This document shows positions 23,209 to 32,369 of a stretch of 39,671 nt of DNA, in pieces (the first letter of the stretch is position 1; the number at the start of each line of letters is the position of its first letter). Position numbers and translations under genes: made by a program. Source of the stretch: Candidatus Parcubacteria bacterium. Its GTDB lineage: Bacteria > Patescibacteriota > Minisyncoccia > UBA6257 > 2-01-FULL-56-20. Location: contig JBEEJO010000003.1 in NCBI GenBank assembly GCA_041169145.1, positions 1 through 39,671 on the forward strand. Reading direction: 5' to 3'. Below the pieces are notes generated by a model. The model worked only from the letters and a program-made list of their open reading frames with translations, was not told where the DNA came from and did not search any database.

Positions 23209-23272
23209 GAGCACCAGAGAACATGATACGCATGAACATTCTTTCTCCACACACCCAGCATTGCATCCGATT

Positions 23273-26200
23273 ATGACGCAACAGAGAACACCCGAAAGAA
23301 CAACGAGAAGTGTCCCGTACGCCGCGAGGGAGAGCCGCGGGGCATTGCTCGCGCATTCGTTCCTGGCTATTGTGGCGATCGTTGCCATTCTCATCGTCGC
23401 CGGCATGAACTTCGACGCGGTCTCCTATGACGCTTCGCTCCAGGGCAACTTGCGAAAAGAGTTATTCATGACCGCTTTCGGGGCAACGACGCAGGTCACC
23501 ACGTCCACTCTCACCTCCGGCGGGATCGATTCACCGACGTCAACAACATGCACCACCAATTCCATTACGCCGAGCGCGAATAAGCTCGTCCTCCTTGCGA
23601 TCGGGAGGAGAGGAACGGGCACCGTGACATCCGTTACGGGCAATGGCCTCACCTGGGTTCAGGTCGCGGACCAATTCGATGGCAACGGCAGCGGGAACAA
23701 TGGTGTCGTACTATTCCGTGCGATGGGATCAAGCCCGACGACGGGTTCGGTCACGATGACGTTCAGCGCGGCGCAATCCCGCTGCAACTGGTCAATCACG
23801 GAGTTGGGCAATGTGGATACCTCGGGAACGAACGGTTCCGGAGCGATCGTACAGTACGCGACGAGCAGCCATACGGGTGGCACCACGATCTCTACGACGC
23901 TCAGCACGTTCAGTTCGTCATCCAATATCGCGTATGGCGTCGTGGTCAATGGGAACAGTACGTCATCGGTAGGAAGCGGATTTGGACAGCTTCATCTTGT
24001 GACGACCGGAACGAGCACGACAGCGATCCATCTTTTGACGGAGGCGGGGCCGCCCGCATCGTCTACCACAAATTGGTACGACCCCTCCTGGGGCTATCGC
24101 AAAAAGATCACCATCGACCATACGAAAGTATCGTCAACCCTCGCATACTTCCCGGTCCTCGTGTCGGTGACCACCTCAACAACGTTCAAGACCACGGGGA
24201 ATGGGGGCCACGTTGAGCAGGCGGACGGGGGAGACTTCGTCTTCACTTCCTCGGACGGCACGACGAAGCTCGATCATGAGATCGACGAGTACTCGTCGAG
24301 TACGGGCCGGTTCATCGCTTGGGTAAAAACTCCCTCGCTCTCCTCGGCAGCCGATACCGACCTCTACGTTTACTACGGGAACGCAAGCGCCGCGAATCAA
24401 TGGAACGCCACAAGTACATGGAACGAGAACGGTACTCAGACCTTCCGGGGTGTCTGGCATCTCAATGAAGCATCCGGCAAGGTTTTAGACTCCACGATAT
24501 ATAACACGAGCGGTACGCTCACCGGAACACCGACGCCGCGTTCCTCCGGCACCGTCGGCTACGGGTACAACTTCAATTCAGCGAGCGAATGGGTGGATTT
24601 CGGCGATCCAAGCGACGGCCACCTCGACTTTGGCAGTACGAGCAGTGTCTCAGTGAGCATTTGGGCGAAGATACAAACGGACAACGGCGATTGGCAGATG
24701 CCCGTCACGAAGGGAGGATTTGACGACTCCCCATATCATCGCAACGGCTATGACATCGAGTTCGACACCAATGCGTCGCCGTCGCAAGTCTACGGCGACA
24801 GCTTTGACGGAAGCACGATGATCCCATCGTCCATATACAATCCCTCGATCAATACCTGGTATTACGTCGTCGCGGTCATCGATCGGGCAAGCAGCAAGTA
24901 CCGCCTCTATGTGAACGGCGTTCAGATAGGCTCCGGATCGAATATCAGCACTCTGGGCAATATCAACTCGACGGAGACCCTAACCTTCTCCGACATGACG
25001 ACCGATGGCGGCAATGACCAATTCTTCGGTTGGCTGGACGAGGTGCGCATCGCGTCAACGAACCGGTCCGGCGGCTGGATCGCGACCGAGTATGCGAACC
25101 AGTCATCGCCGTCAACGTTCGAGACGTTCAACGCGGAAGAGGTGCCTACAGGAGGAGCGCTTATCAGCGCGAATCTGGGAACGGGCAGCGCCGCGGCCAT
25201 CATCGGTCTGGAGGTCAAGTATGCGGCGGCTGCCGCCGGCGACACCACGCCCCCGACAGTTTCTCTCACCGCTCCCTCGGACGGCGCGACCGTTTCGAGC
25301 ACCGTCTCCCTTCAGGCGACCGCATCCGACGATGTGGCTGTTGTTGGCGTCCAATTCAAAGTGGATTCCTCGGACATTGGATCCGAAGATACGACCGCTC
25401 CATACAGTGCGTCCTGGGATAGTACGCTCGTCGCCAATGGCTCCCACTCGCTCTCGGCTGTGGCGAGGGACGCCGCCGGGAACCAAGGGTCGTCCACGAT
25501 CTCGGTCGTTGTGTCGAATGGCAGTGGTCCGTGGACTGCCGATCTGGGCAGCTGGAGCATTTCCGGCAACGCGCTCACGAACGCACCCGCCGCCGCGGCC
25601 TATGACCAAGTGCATGTGTCGGGGCTCAGCGTCACCGATGCGGTCATCGATGTGCGCGTCAAGGCGAGCATCCTTTCGGGCGGCAACGCGGGATCCGTTC
25701 TGCGTTCCGATGCGGGCGCGAACCGTTACCAGATCGGAAACTTGGATTTTGCGAACGCTTTGCACCGGATACGCAAAGTGGTTGCGTCCGTTGCAACAGT
25801 CCTTACAAGCACTGCGTATTCGCCGAGCGCGGGTACGTACTACCAGTTGCGCGCATCGCTTTCGGGAACATCGCTTCAGTCATGGATAAACGGCGGGACG
25901 GCGCTCTCAACGACCGATTCATCGCTCAGCTCAGCCGGGTTCATCGGGCTCGGATCGAATCGGTCCGGTTCCGCCGTCACCTTTACCTATGATGATTTCG
26001 CCGCATATACCGGCTCCACGATAACGCTCAATAACTTGCCTGCCGGCGGGTCGTGGTCCGTACTGAACTCCGCGTCCGCGATCATTTCATGCCGCACCGG
26101 CAGTACGTGGGACTCCTCAACCTATAACGGTCAGATCCCCATTGATTATGCCGCTGGCGGCGGAAAGATCGCCGTGTGGGGGACGAACAACACGTGCTCC

Positions 26201-26359
26201 GGCGGAGCTGACGTCACCTATCCCTCGAGCGGACTTGCGACCGATATCTTCGGCGGTGATACGTATACCTATACCGCCGGGGGGACGGGGACCCCGGCGA
26301 CCCCGGCGACCGCAACATCAAGCATCACGATCAGCGCCGGCGGCCTTATCAGCTATTGA
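23273..26359 (+). CDS. Large pilus-associated mosaic adhesin (DUF2341-like + LamG/concanavalin-like + bacterial Ig-like)
   Basis: N-terminal hydrophobic segment after RESRG; WYDPSWGYRKKITID..WVK.P.LS..YVYYGN; GVWHLNE..DEVRI; DTTPPTVSLTAP..ARDAAGN; very S/T/G-rich. Confidence 0.85.
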   Translation: MTQQRTPERTTRSVPYAARESRGALLAHSFLAIVAIVAILIVAGMNFDAVSYDASLQGNLRKELFMTAFGATTQVTTSTLTSGGIDSPTSTTCTTNSITPSANKLVLLAIGRRGTGTVTSVTGNGLTWVQVADQFDGNGSGNNGVVLFRAMGSSPTTGSVTMTFSAAQSRCNWSITELGNVDTSGTNGSGAIVQYATSSHTGGTTISTTLSTFSSSSNIAYGVVVNGNSTSSVGSGFGQLHLVTTGTSTTAIHLLTEAGPPASSTTNWYDPSWGYRKKITIDHTKVSSTLAYFPVLVSVTTSTTFKTTGNGGHVEQADGGDFVFTSSDGTTKLDHEIDEYSSSTGRFIAWVKTPSLSSAADTDLYVYYGNASAANQWNATSTWNENGTQTFRGVWHLNEASGKVLDSTIYNTSGTLTGTPTPRSSGTVGYGYNFNSASEWVDFGDPSDGHLDFGSTSSVSVSIWAKIQTDNGDWQMPVTKGGFDDSPYHRNGYDIEFDTNASPSQVYGDSFDGSTMIPSSIYNPSINTWYYVVAVIDRASSKYRLYVNGVQIGSGSNISTLGNINSTETLTFSDMTTDGGNDQFFGWLDEVRIASTNRSGGWIATEYANQSSPSTFETFNAEEVPTGGALISANLGTGSAAAIIGLEVKYAAAAAGDTTPPTVSLTAPSDGATVSSTVSLQATASDDVAVVGVQFKVDSSDIGSEDTTAPYSASWDSTLVANGSHSLSAVARDAAGNQGSSTISVVVSNGSGPWTADLGSWSISGNALTNAPAAAAYDQVHVSGLSVTDAVIDVRVKASILSGGNAGSVLRSDAGANRYQIGNLDFANALHRIRKVVASVATVLTSTAYSPSAGTYYQLRASLSGTSLQSWINGGTALSTTDSSLSSAGFIGLGSNRSGSAVTFTYDDFAAYTGSTITLNNLPAGGSWSVLNSASAIISCRTGSTWDSSTYNGQIPIDYAAGGGKIAVWGTNNTCSGGADVTYPSSGLATDIFGGDTYTYTAGGTGTPATPATATSSITISAGGLISY

Positions 26360-26395
26360 GACATCACTGTGCGCCGCATGGTTGGTCTGACGTGA

Positions 26396-26413
26396 GATGG
26401 TACAATAGGAAGG
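26396..26413 (+). promoter_or_regulatory. Extended -10 promoter, duplicated at 29223-29240
   Basis: GATGGTACAATAGGAAGG immediately before the start codon at both sites. Confidence 0.7.
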
Positions 26414-27085
26414 ATGAACGGGCAGGGAGGAGAGAATGAACGGCCGGACCGCATGACGTTGCGTGCCGTGTTGGCGTCCGACATACGACGAGGCCAGTCG
26501 CTTGTCGAGGTACTTATCGCCATAGCGGTCGGTATCATCATGGTCATCGGCGCCATCACTGCGATCGTACCGGCGTTGCGCAACCAGGGAGGCACCGTGC
26601 GCTTGCAGGTCGCTGTGGGGCTCGGGAAGGAGTTGATGGATACGACCCGCGTTTTTGCGGAGTCGGACTGGCATAATATTTCAGCGCTCAGCACAAGCTC
26701 CGCATCGCATTACTACCTGAACAGCACCAGTTCTCCGTTCTCGGTTCGCGCCGGCGATGAGAGCGTTGTTGTCGGTACGACTACGTATGTCCGGTATTTT
26801 TCGGTCGATGAAGTATGGCGTGACAGCAACGGTATGATCGTATCGAGCGGCGGTACGCTTGATCCCTCAACGCGCAAGGTGACGGTTGCGTACAGCTGGA
26901 TTGGTCGCCCGACATCCAGCATGGTCACGTACTTCACGCGTTCCCGGAGCTACTCCTATGTCCAAACGGATTGGTCCGGCGGTTCCGGACAGGAAGGGCC
27001 GCTTACGACGGTGAACAACAAGTATGCTTCGTCAACGGGAATAGACGCTATGACAACACCCGGTTCCATGCAAATAGATTTTTGA
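26414..27085 (+). CDS. Minor pilin (PilV-like)
   Basis: RRG|QSLVEVLIAI prepilin motif, DPSTRKVTV.YSW. Confidence 0.85.
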   Translation: MNGQGGENERPDRMTLRAVLASDIRRGQSLVEVLIAIAVGIIMVIGAITAIVPALRNQGGTVRLQVAVGLGKELMDTTRVFAESDWHNISALSTSSASHYYLNSTSSPFSVRAGDESVVVGTTTYVRYFSVDEVWRDSNGMIVSSGGTLDPSTRKVTVAYSWIGRPTSSMVTYFTRSRSYSYVQTDWSGGSGQEGPLTTVNNKYASSTGIDAMTTPGSMQIDF

Positions 27086-27087
27086 CC

Positions 27088-29157
27088 ATGACCAGACGCC
27101 AGTTCATTCCTTTATTGCTCGCCGTGTGCGCGGTCCTTGCCATCGGTGCGTCGTTCTGGGGGCCGCCGCTCATCTGGGCCGATGCGCCTGCGAATGTTGA
27201 TCAAGTTCATTATCGATGGCGGAACGACGATGGAAGCGAATCGACCGCGACGTTCCAGGGTGCCGTGGATGCTGCGCGTCCGGTGCTGAAAAGCACGCCT
27301 CTTCGCCTTAGGTTCGAGGTTTCGAATGACGGCGGAAGCTCGTCAACCGTGCCGTTCATCAAGCAGGTCCAGCGCGGTTCCGTTGCTATGGATTGGGGAG
27401 ACGAACAAGCGAGCGTAACGCTTTCACCGCGCATGGATCCGTCTCGGACCATCGTGTGGGGCGGTATGATGCAGGGCGGCGGCCGCGGTCCGCTCTCCGA
27501 TCCGAACGTGACCAGGGTTGGGTTTGATCTCATAAGTTCCAGCACGATCAGGTTCAATCGTCTCAATACTCCGGAAGAGCAGGTCGTTGTGGACTGGCAG
27601 GCGGTGGAATTCTACGATGGGGCGCGAGTTCAGCGCGGCACGGCAATCCTCGGGAATTCGGATACGGACATGAACGTCACGATCCCTGCGGCGGTCGATC
27701 TTAGTCAGGCCTTTGTGCTCGCATCGGTTACGACGGATGCTTGTTGTGGAACGGCAAGCCGCGCATACGATCGCCGTTGGGGTGCGCGCATTCGGCTCAC
27801 ATCGCCCACGAACCTTGAGATCTCCCGCACGGCCGGCGGGTCGCAGTTGTATGTGTATTGGCAGGTCGTTGAGATGGATGGCGTGACGGTTCAACGCGGA
27901 TTGACCTCGTTCTCGACCTCACAAGCCACGCTCACGTCGACCATCGCTGCGGTGAATGCGTCATCGAGTTTCCTTCTCTTTAACTGGCGATTCACCGATC
28001 CTACCGAAGCCGGTTTCGAGGGGCGATATATGACGCGTGGGCATGTACGGGATAACACCACTATTGAATTCAATCGTGAACGCAGCGGGTATGCGGAAGA
28101 CCTTTCCTGGGAGGTTGTGACCATGCGAAATGCAACCGTGATCCAGGGAAGCATCGCACAGACGCCCACCGAAACGGACGACGTCATCAATGTGACGCTT
28201 TCTCCGTCGGTGGATATGAATCGCACTTTTGTTTTCGTCTCCGACTCCGGAGGGTATTTGGACGAACAAAACCTCGATTCGACATCGTGGACGGGCCGGA
28301 TAACCAGCGGGTCGAACCTTCGACTTGAACGTTGGCAGGCCATTGACGTATTTGTGACCTCCACCGTGGATTGGCAGGTGGTTACGTTTTCCACCACCAC
28401 CCAGCGAATTGCGAGGATCATCCCTCAGTTGCAGTATGCGGCAAAAACCGCCGCTTGCAGCGCCACTGCCAGTTCAAGCTGGGTTGCGGTGCCGACGACG
28501 GTAACCACCCAGCATTGGCAGATGGTAGCTTCGTCAAATCTCACGGACAACGCCACGACCACGAACGTCTCGGTGGACGGGGGATTGCCCGACGAAGCCG
28601 CGTCGTTCGTGCCGGGGTACGTGAAAGAGGCGTCCAGTACGGCGCCGAAGATCACGTTCAGCTCCGACAGTTTTACGGAGATCGAATATTCGGTGCAAGC
28701 GACCACGAACGCCGTGAACAATCAGACCTATTGTTTCCGCCTCGTCGATGACAGTGCCGATCTGAACGCGTATACGGTATATCCCGAAGCGACGGTGGTC
28801 CTTACCATCGGGTCGGCTTCCAGTACGCTCATTTCCACCATTTTTGACACTCAAAGCGCGAGCGGCAGTGCTCTGAACAGTTTATTGTGGCAGGGCTCTC
28901 AGCCGGCCGATACGGGCGTGAAGTTCCAGCTTGCGGTATCGAGTGCGAGTTCCGGTCCGTGGAGTTTCAAGGGGCCGAGCTGTACGACGGATACGAACGA
29001 TGTGTATAACCCCGGCGCGCCCGGAACGGCGTTGAAGATCACGCCGTCATGCACATACGACTCCCGATATTTCCGGTATAAAGCCATCTTGGAGAGCGAC
29101 CTTGCGCAGTCGCAAACTCCTCGAGTGGACGACATTATCATAAACTGGAGTCCGTAA
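27088..29157 (+). CDS. Secreted mosaic adhesin-like protein with four ~85-aa repeats
   Basis: Signal peptide MTRRQFIPLLLAV...; four V(Q/I)(R/Q)G...W(Q/E)(A/V)V repeats; beta-rich C-terminal domain. Confidence 0.8.
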   Translation: MTRRQFIPLLLAVCAVLAIGASFWGPPLIWADAPANVDQVHYRWRNDDGSESTATFQGAVDAARPVLKSTPLRLRFEVSNDGGSSSTVPFIKQVQRGSVAMDWGDEQASVTLSPRMDPSRTIVWGGMMQGGGRGPLSDPNVTRVGFDLISSSTIRFNRLNTPEEQVVVDWQAVEFYDGARVQRGTAILGNSDTDMNVTIPAAVDLSQAFVLASVTTDACCGTASRAYDRRWGARIRLTSPTNLEISRTAGGSQLYVYWQVVEMDGVTVQRGLTSFSTSQATLTSTIAAVNASSSFLLFNWRFTDPTEAGFEGRYMTRGHVRDNTTIEFNRERSGYAEDLSWEVVTMRNATVIQGSIAQTPTETDDVINVTLSPSVDMNRTFVFVSDSGGYLDEQNLDSTSWTGRITSGSNLRLERWQAIDVFVTSTVDWQVVTFSTTTQRIARIIPQLQYAAKTAACSATASSSWVAVPTTVTTQHWQMVASSNLTDNATTTNVSVDGGLPDEAASFVPGYVKEASSTAPKITFSSDSFTEIEYSVQATTNAVNNQTYCFRLVDDSADLNAYTVYPEATVVLTIGSASSTLISTIFDTQSASGSALNSLLWQGSQPADTGVKFQLAVSSASSGPWSFKGPSCTTDTNDVYNPGAPGTALKITPSCTYDSRYFRYKAILESDLAQSQTPRVDDIIINWSP

Positions 29158-29222
29158 TATTCGGAGCGCAGAGCGTTGAAGCGCTATAGCGCTTGGCGCA
29201 TAGGAGGTACGGGCGATGCGCG

Positions 29223-29240
29223 GATGGTACAATAGGAAGG
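29223..29240 (+). promoter_or_regulatory. Extended -10 promoter, copy of 26396-26413
   Basis: 18-bp identity, followed by GTG 29241. Confidence 0.7.
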
Positions 29241-29705
29241 GTGAACAGACAGGGAGCAATGAATAAGCAGCCGGATCGCGCGGTGTCATGTGTCACGAAC
29301 GCATCGCACAGCTTGGTATCGGGGCAGGCGGCTCTCGTCACGTCGTTCCTGATCGGCCTCATCGTGCTTTTCGCAGGTATTACCATGAGTTTTCTTGCAA
29401 CAAGTTTTTTTCAATCAACGTACGGGTTCCAGATCTCGAGCCGAGCGAGCGCTGCGGCCGACGCCGGTGTTCGGGACGCGTTACTGCAGCTTACGCGCAA
29501 TAAGGATTTCAACCCCGGTACATACGGCATACAGCTTGATTCCGTGACTGCGACCGTAACGGTGACGCGCGATGTTCCGTCCGCTGGCCAGATCACGATC
29601 CTCGCGACGTCAACGGTACAAAGCTACGAGCAGCGCCTTCGCGCGGTCGTTTCCGTTTCCACATCAACCGGCCAAGTGGACCTTCTCTCATGGCAGACAC
29701 AATGA
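29241..29705 (+). CDS. Minor pilin (PilX-like)
   Basis: SG|QAALVTSFLIG hydrophobic N-terminus lacking E5, A..AADAGVRDAL..L motif. Confidence 0.75.
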   Translation: MNRQGAMNKQPDRAVSCVTNASHSLVSGQAALVTSFLIGLIVLFAGITMSFLATSFFQSTYGFQISSRASAAADAGVRDALLQLTRNKDFNPGTYGIQLDSVTATVTVTRDVPSAGQITILATSTVQSYEQRLRAVVSVSTSTGQVDLLSWQTQ

Positions 29706-31234
29706 AGTCGCGTTTTGTCATATGGTGGCGGAACCTGCTCACTTTCCTCCGGGTGCGTTCGACCATCGGCGGGTTGGAGATCGGCGACATCGCGCTTCGG
29801 TACACGTTGCTCGAAGGTTCATCGTGGCGTCTGCATAGCCTGCGGCTGCCCCCCGGTATTGTGGACGGCGGGGCCATTAAGGATTATCCGCAGTTCGTCG
29901 AGGCACTCAAAGCGCTCAAGGTCCAGATCCTTGGCGCTCCTGATGCCCGGAAGAGCCTGAACGTCGTGGTGTCTTTGAGCTCTATCAATGTCTATAGCCA
30001 GGTGTTCAGCCTACCGACCGTCGTCGGCGGCAATCTGGAAAAAGCCATTCAGCTCAATGTGCAGATGATATCTCCCGAAGATGCGACGAAGAGCTATGCG
30101 GGATGGCAGCTTGTGAGCGGCGGCGACAAATCGGTTCATCTTGAGGTGCTCTCGGCATTCATCAATAAGGCGGTGGTCGATGACGTAAAGCGGGCGCTCA
30201 AGGAGTCCGGTTTCATCGTGTACTCTTTGGAATCGCGCGCGCTTTCGCTTGCCCGGCTCATCAGGAAGTTGAGCGCCGGGTTCGATCCTGCGCGATCGTA
30301 CATTGCCATTAATGTTGACTCCAATGGCATCCAGTTCCTTATTGTTCGCCATGGACAGCTGTATTTCGAGTATTTCACCGCATGGCGGGACGTCGAGATG
30401 GAAGGACATCAGATATCGCAGAGCGCTTTGGAGGATGTCATCGTGCGCAATCTCCATCAGGTGCTGAACTTTTATACCGCTCACTGGACCGACCCAGCGC
30501 AGGAGATCATCGTATCTGCGGCGGCGGTCAACGACATCGTGGTGGGCGCGGTGCAAAAAACATCATCCGTTCCTGTCCGCGGATTGGTGCTCTCCGCGAT
30601 GCCTCAGCAAGTGGAGCCCGATTGGTATGTCGCCGTTGGGTGCGGCCTTCGGGGGCTCATTGCGCGTCGCGAAGACACCGATCTGAGCCTGCTCGGTACG
30701 AGCGCGCAGGATGAATTCCGCCGGTACCAGACGCTCGCATTCCTCCGTTTCTGGCGCGTGGTCGTCCCGATATCGTTATCCGTGCTCTTGGTCGCATTCA
30801 TCGGCGTGCAGTCATTCTTCCGATATCTGGACAGTCAACTTGCCGATCAGCTCGCGCGTGCCAGCACCGGACCCGACCAGCAGCTCATGCTTCGGAACCT
30901 TCGTGAACACATCGACGAATTCAATCATTTGGTCGCGAACATCGGGAAAGTTCGTCGGGGAACCCTTCATCTGTATGCGGTGTTCGAGGTGACCAAAGCC
31001 GTCTTCGACAAACGGGGAGCGACCATCGTGAGTTTCTCGTATCCCAGTTCCGATTCGCGGATACAGATCAACGCCCGGGCAAAATCCGAAGAGGATGTTA
31101 CGAACATTCAAAAAGACCTCAGCGGTACGCCGGGCTTCACGGATGTCGACATTCCCATATCCGCTGTCACCCCCGTTGCTCAGGGTTTTTCGTTCACGGT
31201 CAGTTTTTTGTACGCGTCTCCGAACACCGAGTAG
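29702..31234 (+). CDS. PilM-PilN fusion protein
   Basis: GGLEI.D..LR actin-like start, ESRALSLAR, VA.G..LRGL.....SLL, then TM, coiled coil and PilN-like domain; ATGA overlap. Confidence 0.75.
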   Translation: MKSRFVIWWRNLLTFLRVRSTIGGLEIGDIALRYTLLEGSSWRLHSLRLPPGIVDGGAIKDYPQFVEALKALKVQILGAPDARKSLNVVVSLSSINVYSQVFSLPTVVGGNLEKAIQLNVQMISPEDATKSYAGWQLVSGGDKSVHLEVLSAFINKAVVDDVKRALKESGFIVYSLESRALSLARLIRKLSAGFDPARSYIAINVDSNGIQFLIVRHGQLYFEYFTAWRDVEMEGHQISQSALEDVIVRNLHQVLNFYTAHWTDPAQEIIVSAAAVNDIVVGAVQKTSSVPVRGLVLSAMPQQVEPDWYVAVGCGLRGLIARREDTDLSLLGTSAQDEFRRYQTLAFLRFWRVVVPISLSVLLVAFIGVQSFFRYLDSQLADQLARASTGPDQQLMLRNLREHIDEFNHLVANIGKVRRGTLHLYAVFEVTKAVFDKRGATIVSFSYPSSDSRIQINARAKSEEDVTNIQKDLSGTPGFTDVDIPISAVTPVAQGFSFTVSFLYASPNTE

Positions 31235-31779
31235 AGCGTTTCGCGCGCGGCGTTGCTCATAGGTCTCAGAACGAACGAGCCGGCTTTGCCGGGGTGGTGG
31301 CGGATGCCGATGCGTAACCGCCAGAAACGGTTCGTGCCAAGCGCCGCGATTATCGATGCGATCCCGTTGTGGCCGGCAGCTCCCCGTCCGAAGGCGAGCT
31401 TGAACTCGCCGAGGGGGATATCGCTGTCGTCGTGCGCTACCAGGAGTTCTTCCGGATGCATGTGGCGCGCGGAGAGCGCGGCTCGCACCGCGCGACCTGA
31501 TTCGTTCATAAATGTCCGGGGGATCACGATCCAGCGTGTGTCGAGCCGGAAAAGCGTATAGAGAGCCGTATGTCCCGTGCGTTGCGGTGCGTCAGTGGCC
31601 GTTCTTTGTATATATTCGGCGAACAGCGCTCCGGCGTTGTGGTACGTTCTCCGGTATTCATCGCCAGGATTTCCCAGACAAGCGATGAGCTTGACGGATG
31701 CGAGTGAAGGTTCCGCGGTATGCGGATCCGTGGGTCGGGTTCTCGATTCGGTCTTTCGTTGCATCATTTGTGCCTTCAT
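31180..31779 (-). CDS. pth: Peptidyl-tRNA hydrolase
   Basis: LGNPG.EY..T.HNAG, TFMNESG, AHDD, GHNG, RLRIGI. True start may be ~31767. Confidence 0.93.
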   Translation of the reverse strand: MKAQMMQRKTESRTRPTDPHTAEPSLASVKLIACLGNPGDEYRRTYHNAGALFAEYIQRTATDAPQRTGHTALYTLFRLDTRWIVIPRTFMNESGRAVRAALSARHMHPEELLVAHDDSDIPLGEFKLAFGRGAAGHNGIASIIAALGTNRFWRLRIGIRHHPGKAGSFVLRPMSNAARETLYSVFGDAYKKLTVNEKP

Positions 31780-31799
31780 TATAGAATAGTTTGGTTCGT

Positions 31800-32360
31800 A
31801 TGCGACAGTTCCTCCTTTCGGTCTTGGAAGTTGCAGAGGTCGCCCTTGTTGCCATCGGGGCGGTGTTTCTTATTCGTACGTTCCTTATCCAGCCGTTCCT
31901 CGTAAGCGGGGCGTCCATGGTCCCGAACTTTGCGAACGGCGACTACCTGCTCATTGACGAGCTGTCATACCGGTTCCGGGGAGCGACGCGCGGCGAGGTC
32001 GTCGTGTTCCGTTATCCAAAAGATGAATCGACCTATTTCATCAAGCGGGTCGTCGGCGTTCCCGGGGACCGCGTGACCATCCGGGAGGGGAGGGTGGTGA
32101 TCACGAACGCCGAGCATCCCGAAGGTTTCATGCTTACCGAGCAGTATCTTCCGGGGAATACTCCGACCATCGTTCGTCCCGGCGGGCAAAGCGAGTTCGC
32201 GCTGAAACCGGACGAGTATCTTGTGCTCGGGGACAATCGGTCGTACAGTTTTGACTCGCGGGACTGGGGCGTGCTCAAGGCATATGAGGTCGTCGGCCTC
32301 GTGCGCATGCGGCTCTGGCCGGTGCGGGAATTCACGGTCTTTGCAGCGCCACAGTATTAA
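31800..32360 (+). CDS. lepB: Signal peptidase I
   Basis: TM helix, SGASM.P (Ser), FIKRVVG.PGD (Lys), GDNR..S.DSR. Confidence 0.95.
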   Translation: MRQFLLSVLEVAEVALVAIGAVFLIRTFLIQPFLVSGASMVPNFANGDYLLIDELSYRFRGATRGEVVVFRYPKDESTYFIKRVVGVPGDRVTIREGRVVITNAEHPEGFMLTEQYLPGNTPTIVRPGGQSEFALKPDEYLVLGDNRSYSFDSRDWGVLKAYEVVGLVRMRLWPVREFTVFAAPQY

Positions 32361-32369
32361 GCATAGATA

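Noticed and set aside
23153-23272. Programmed frameshift joining the minor pilin to the large adhesin
   Set aside because: The adhesin frame is open from 23153, but there is no clear slippery site and the downstream gene has its own start and hydrophobic signal.
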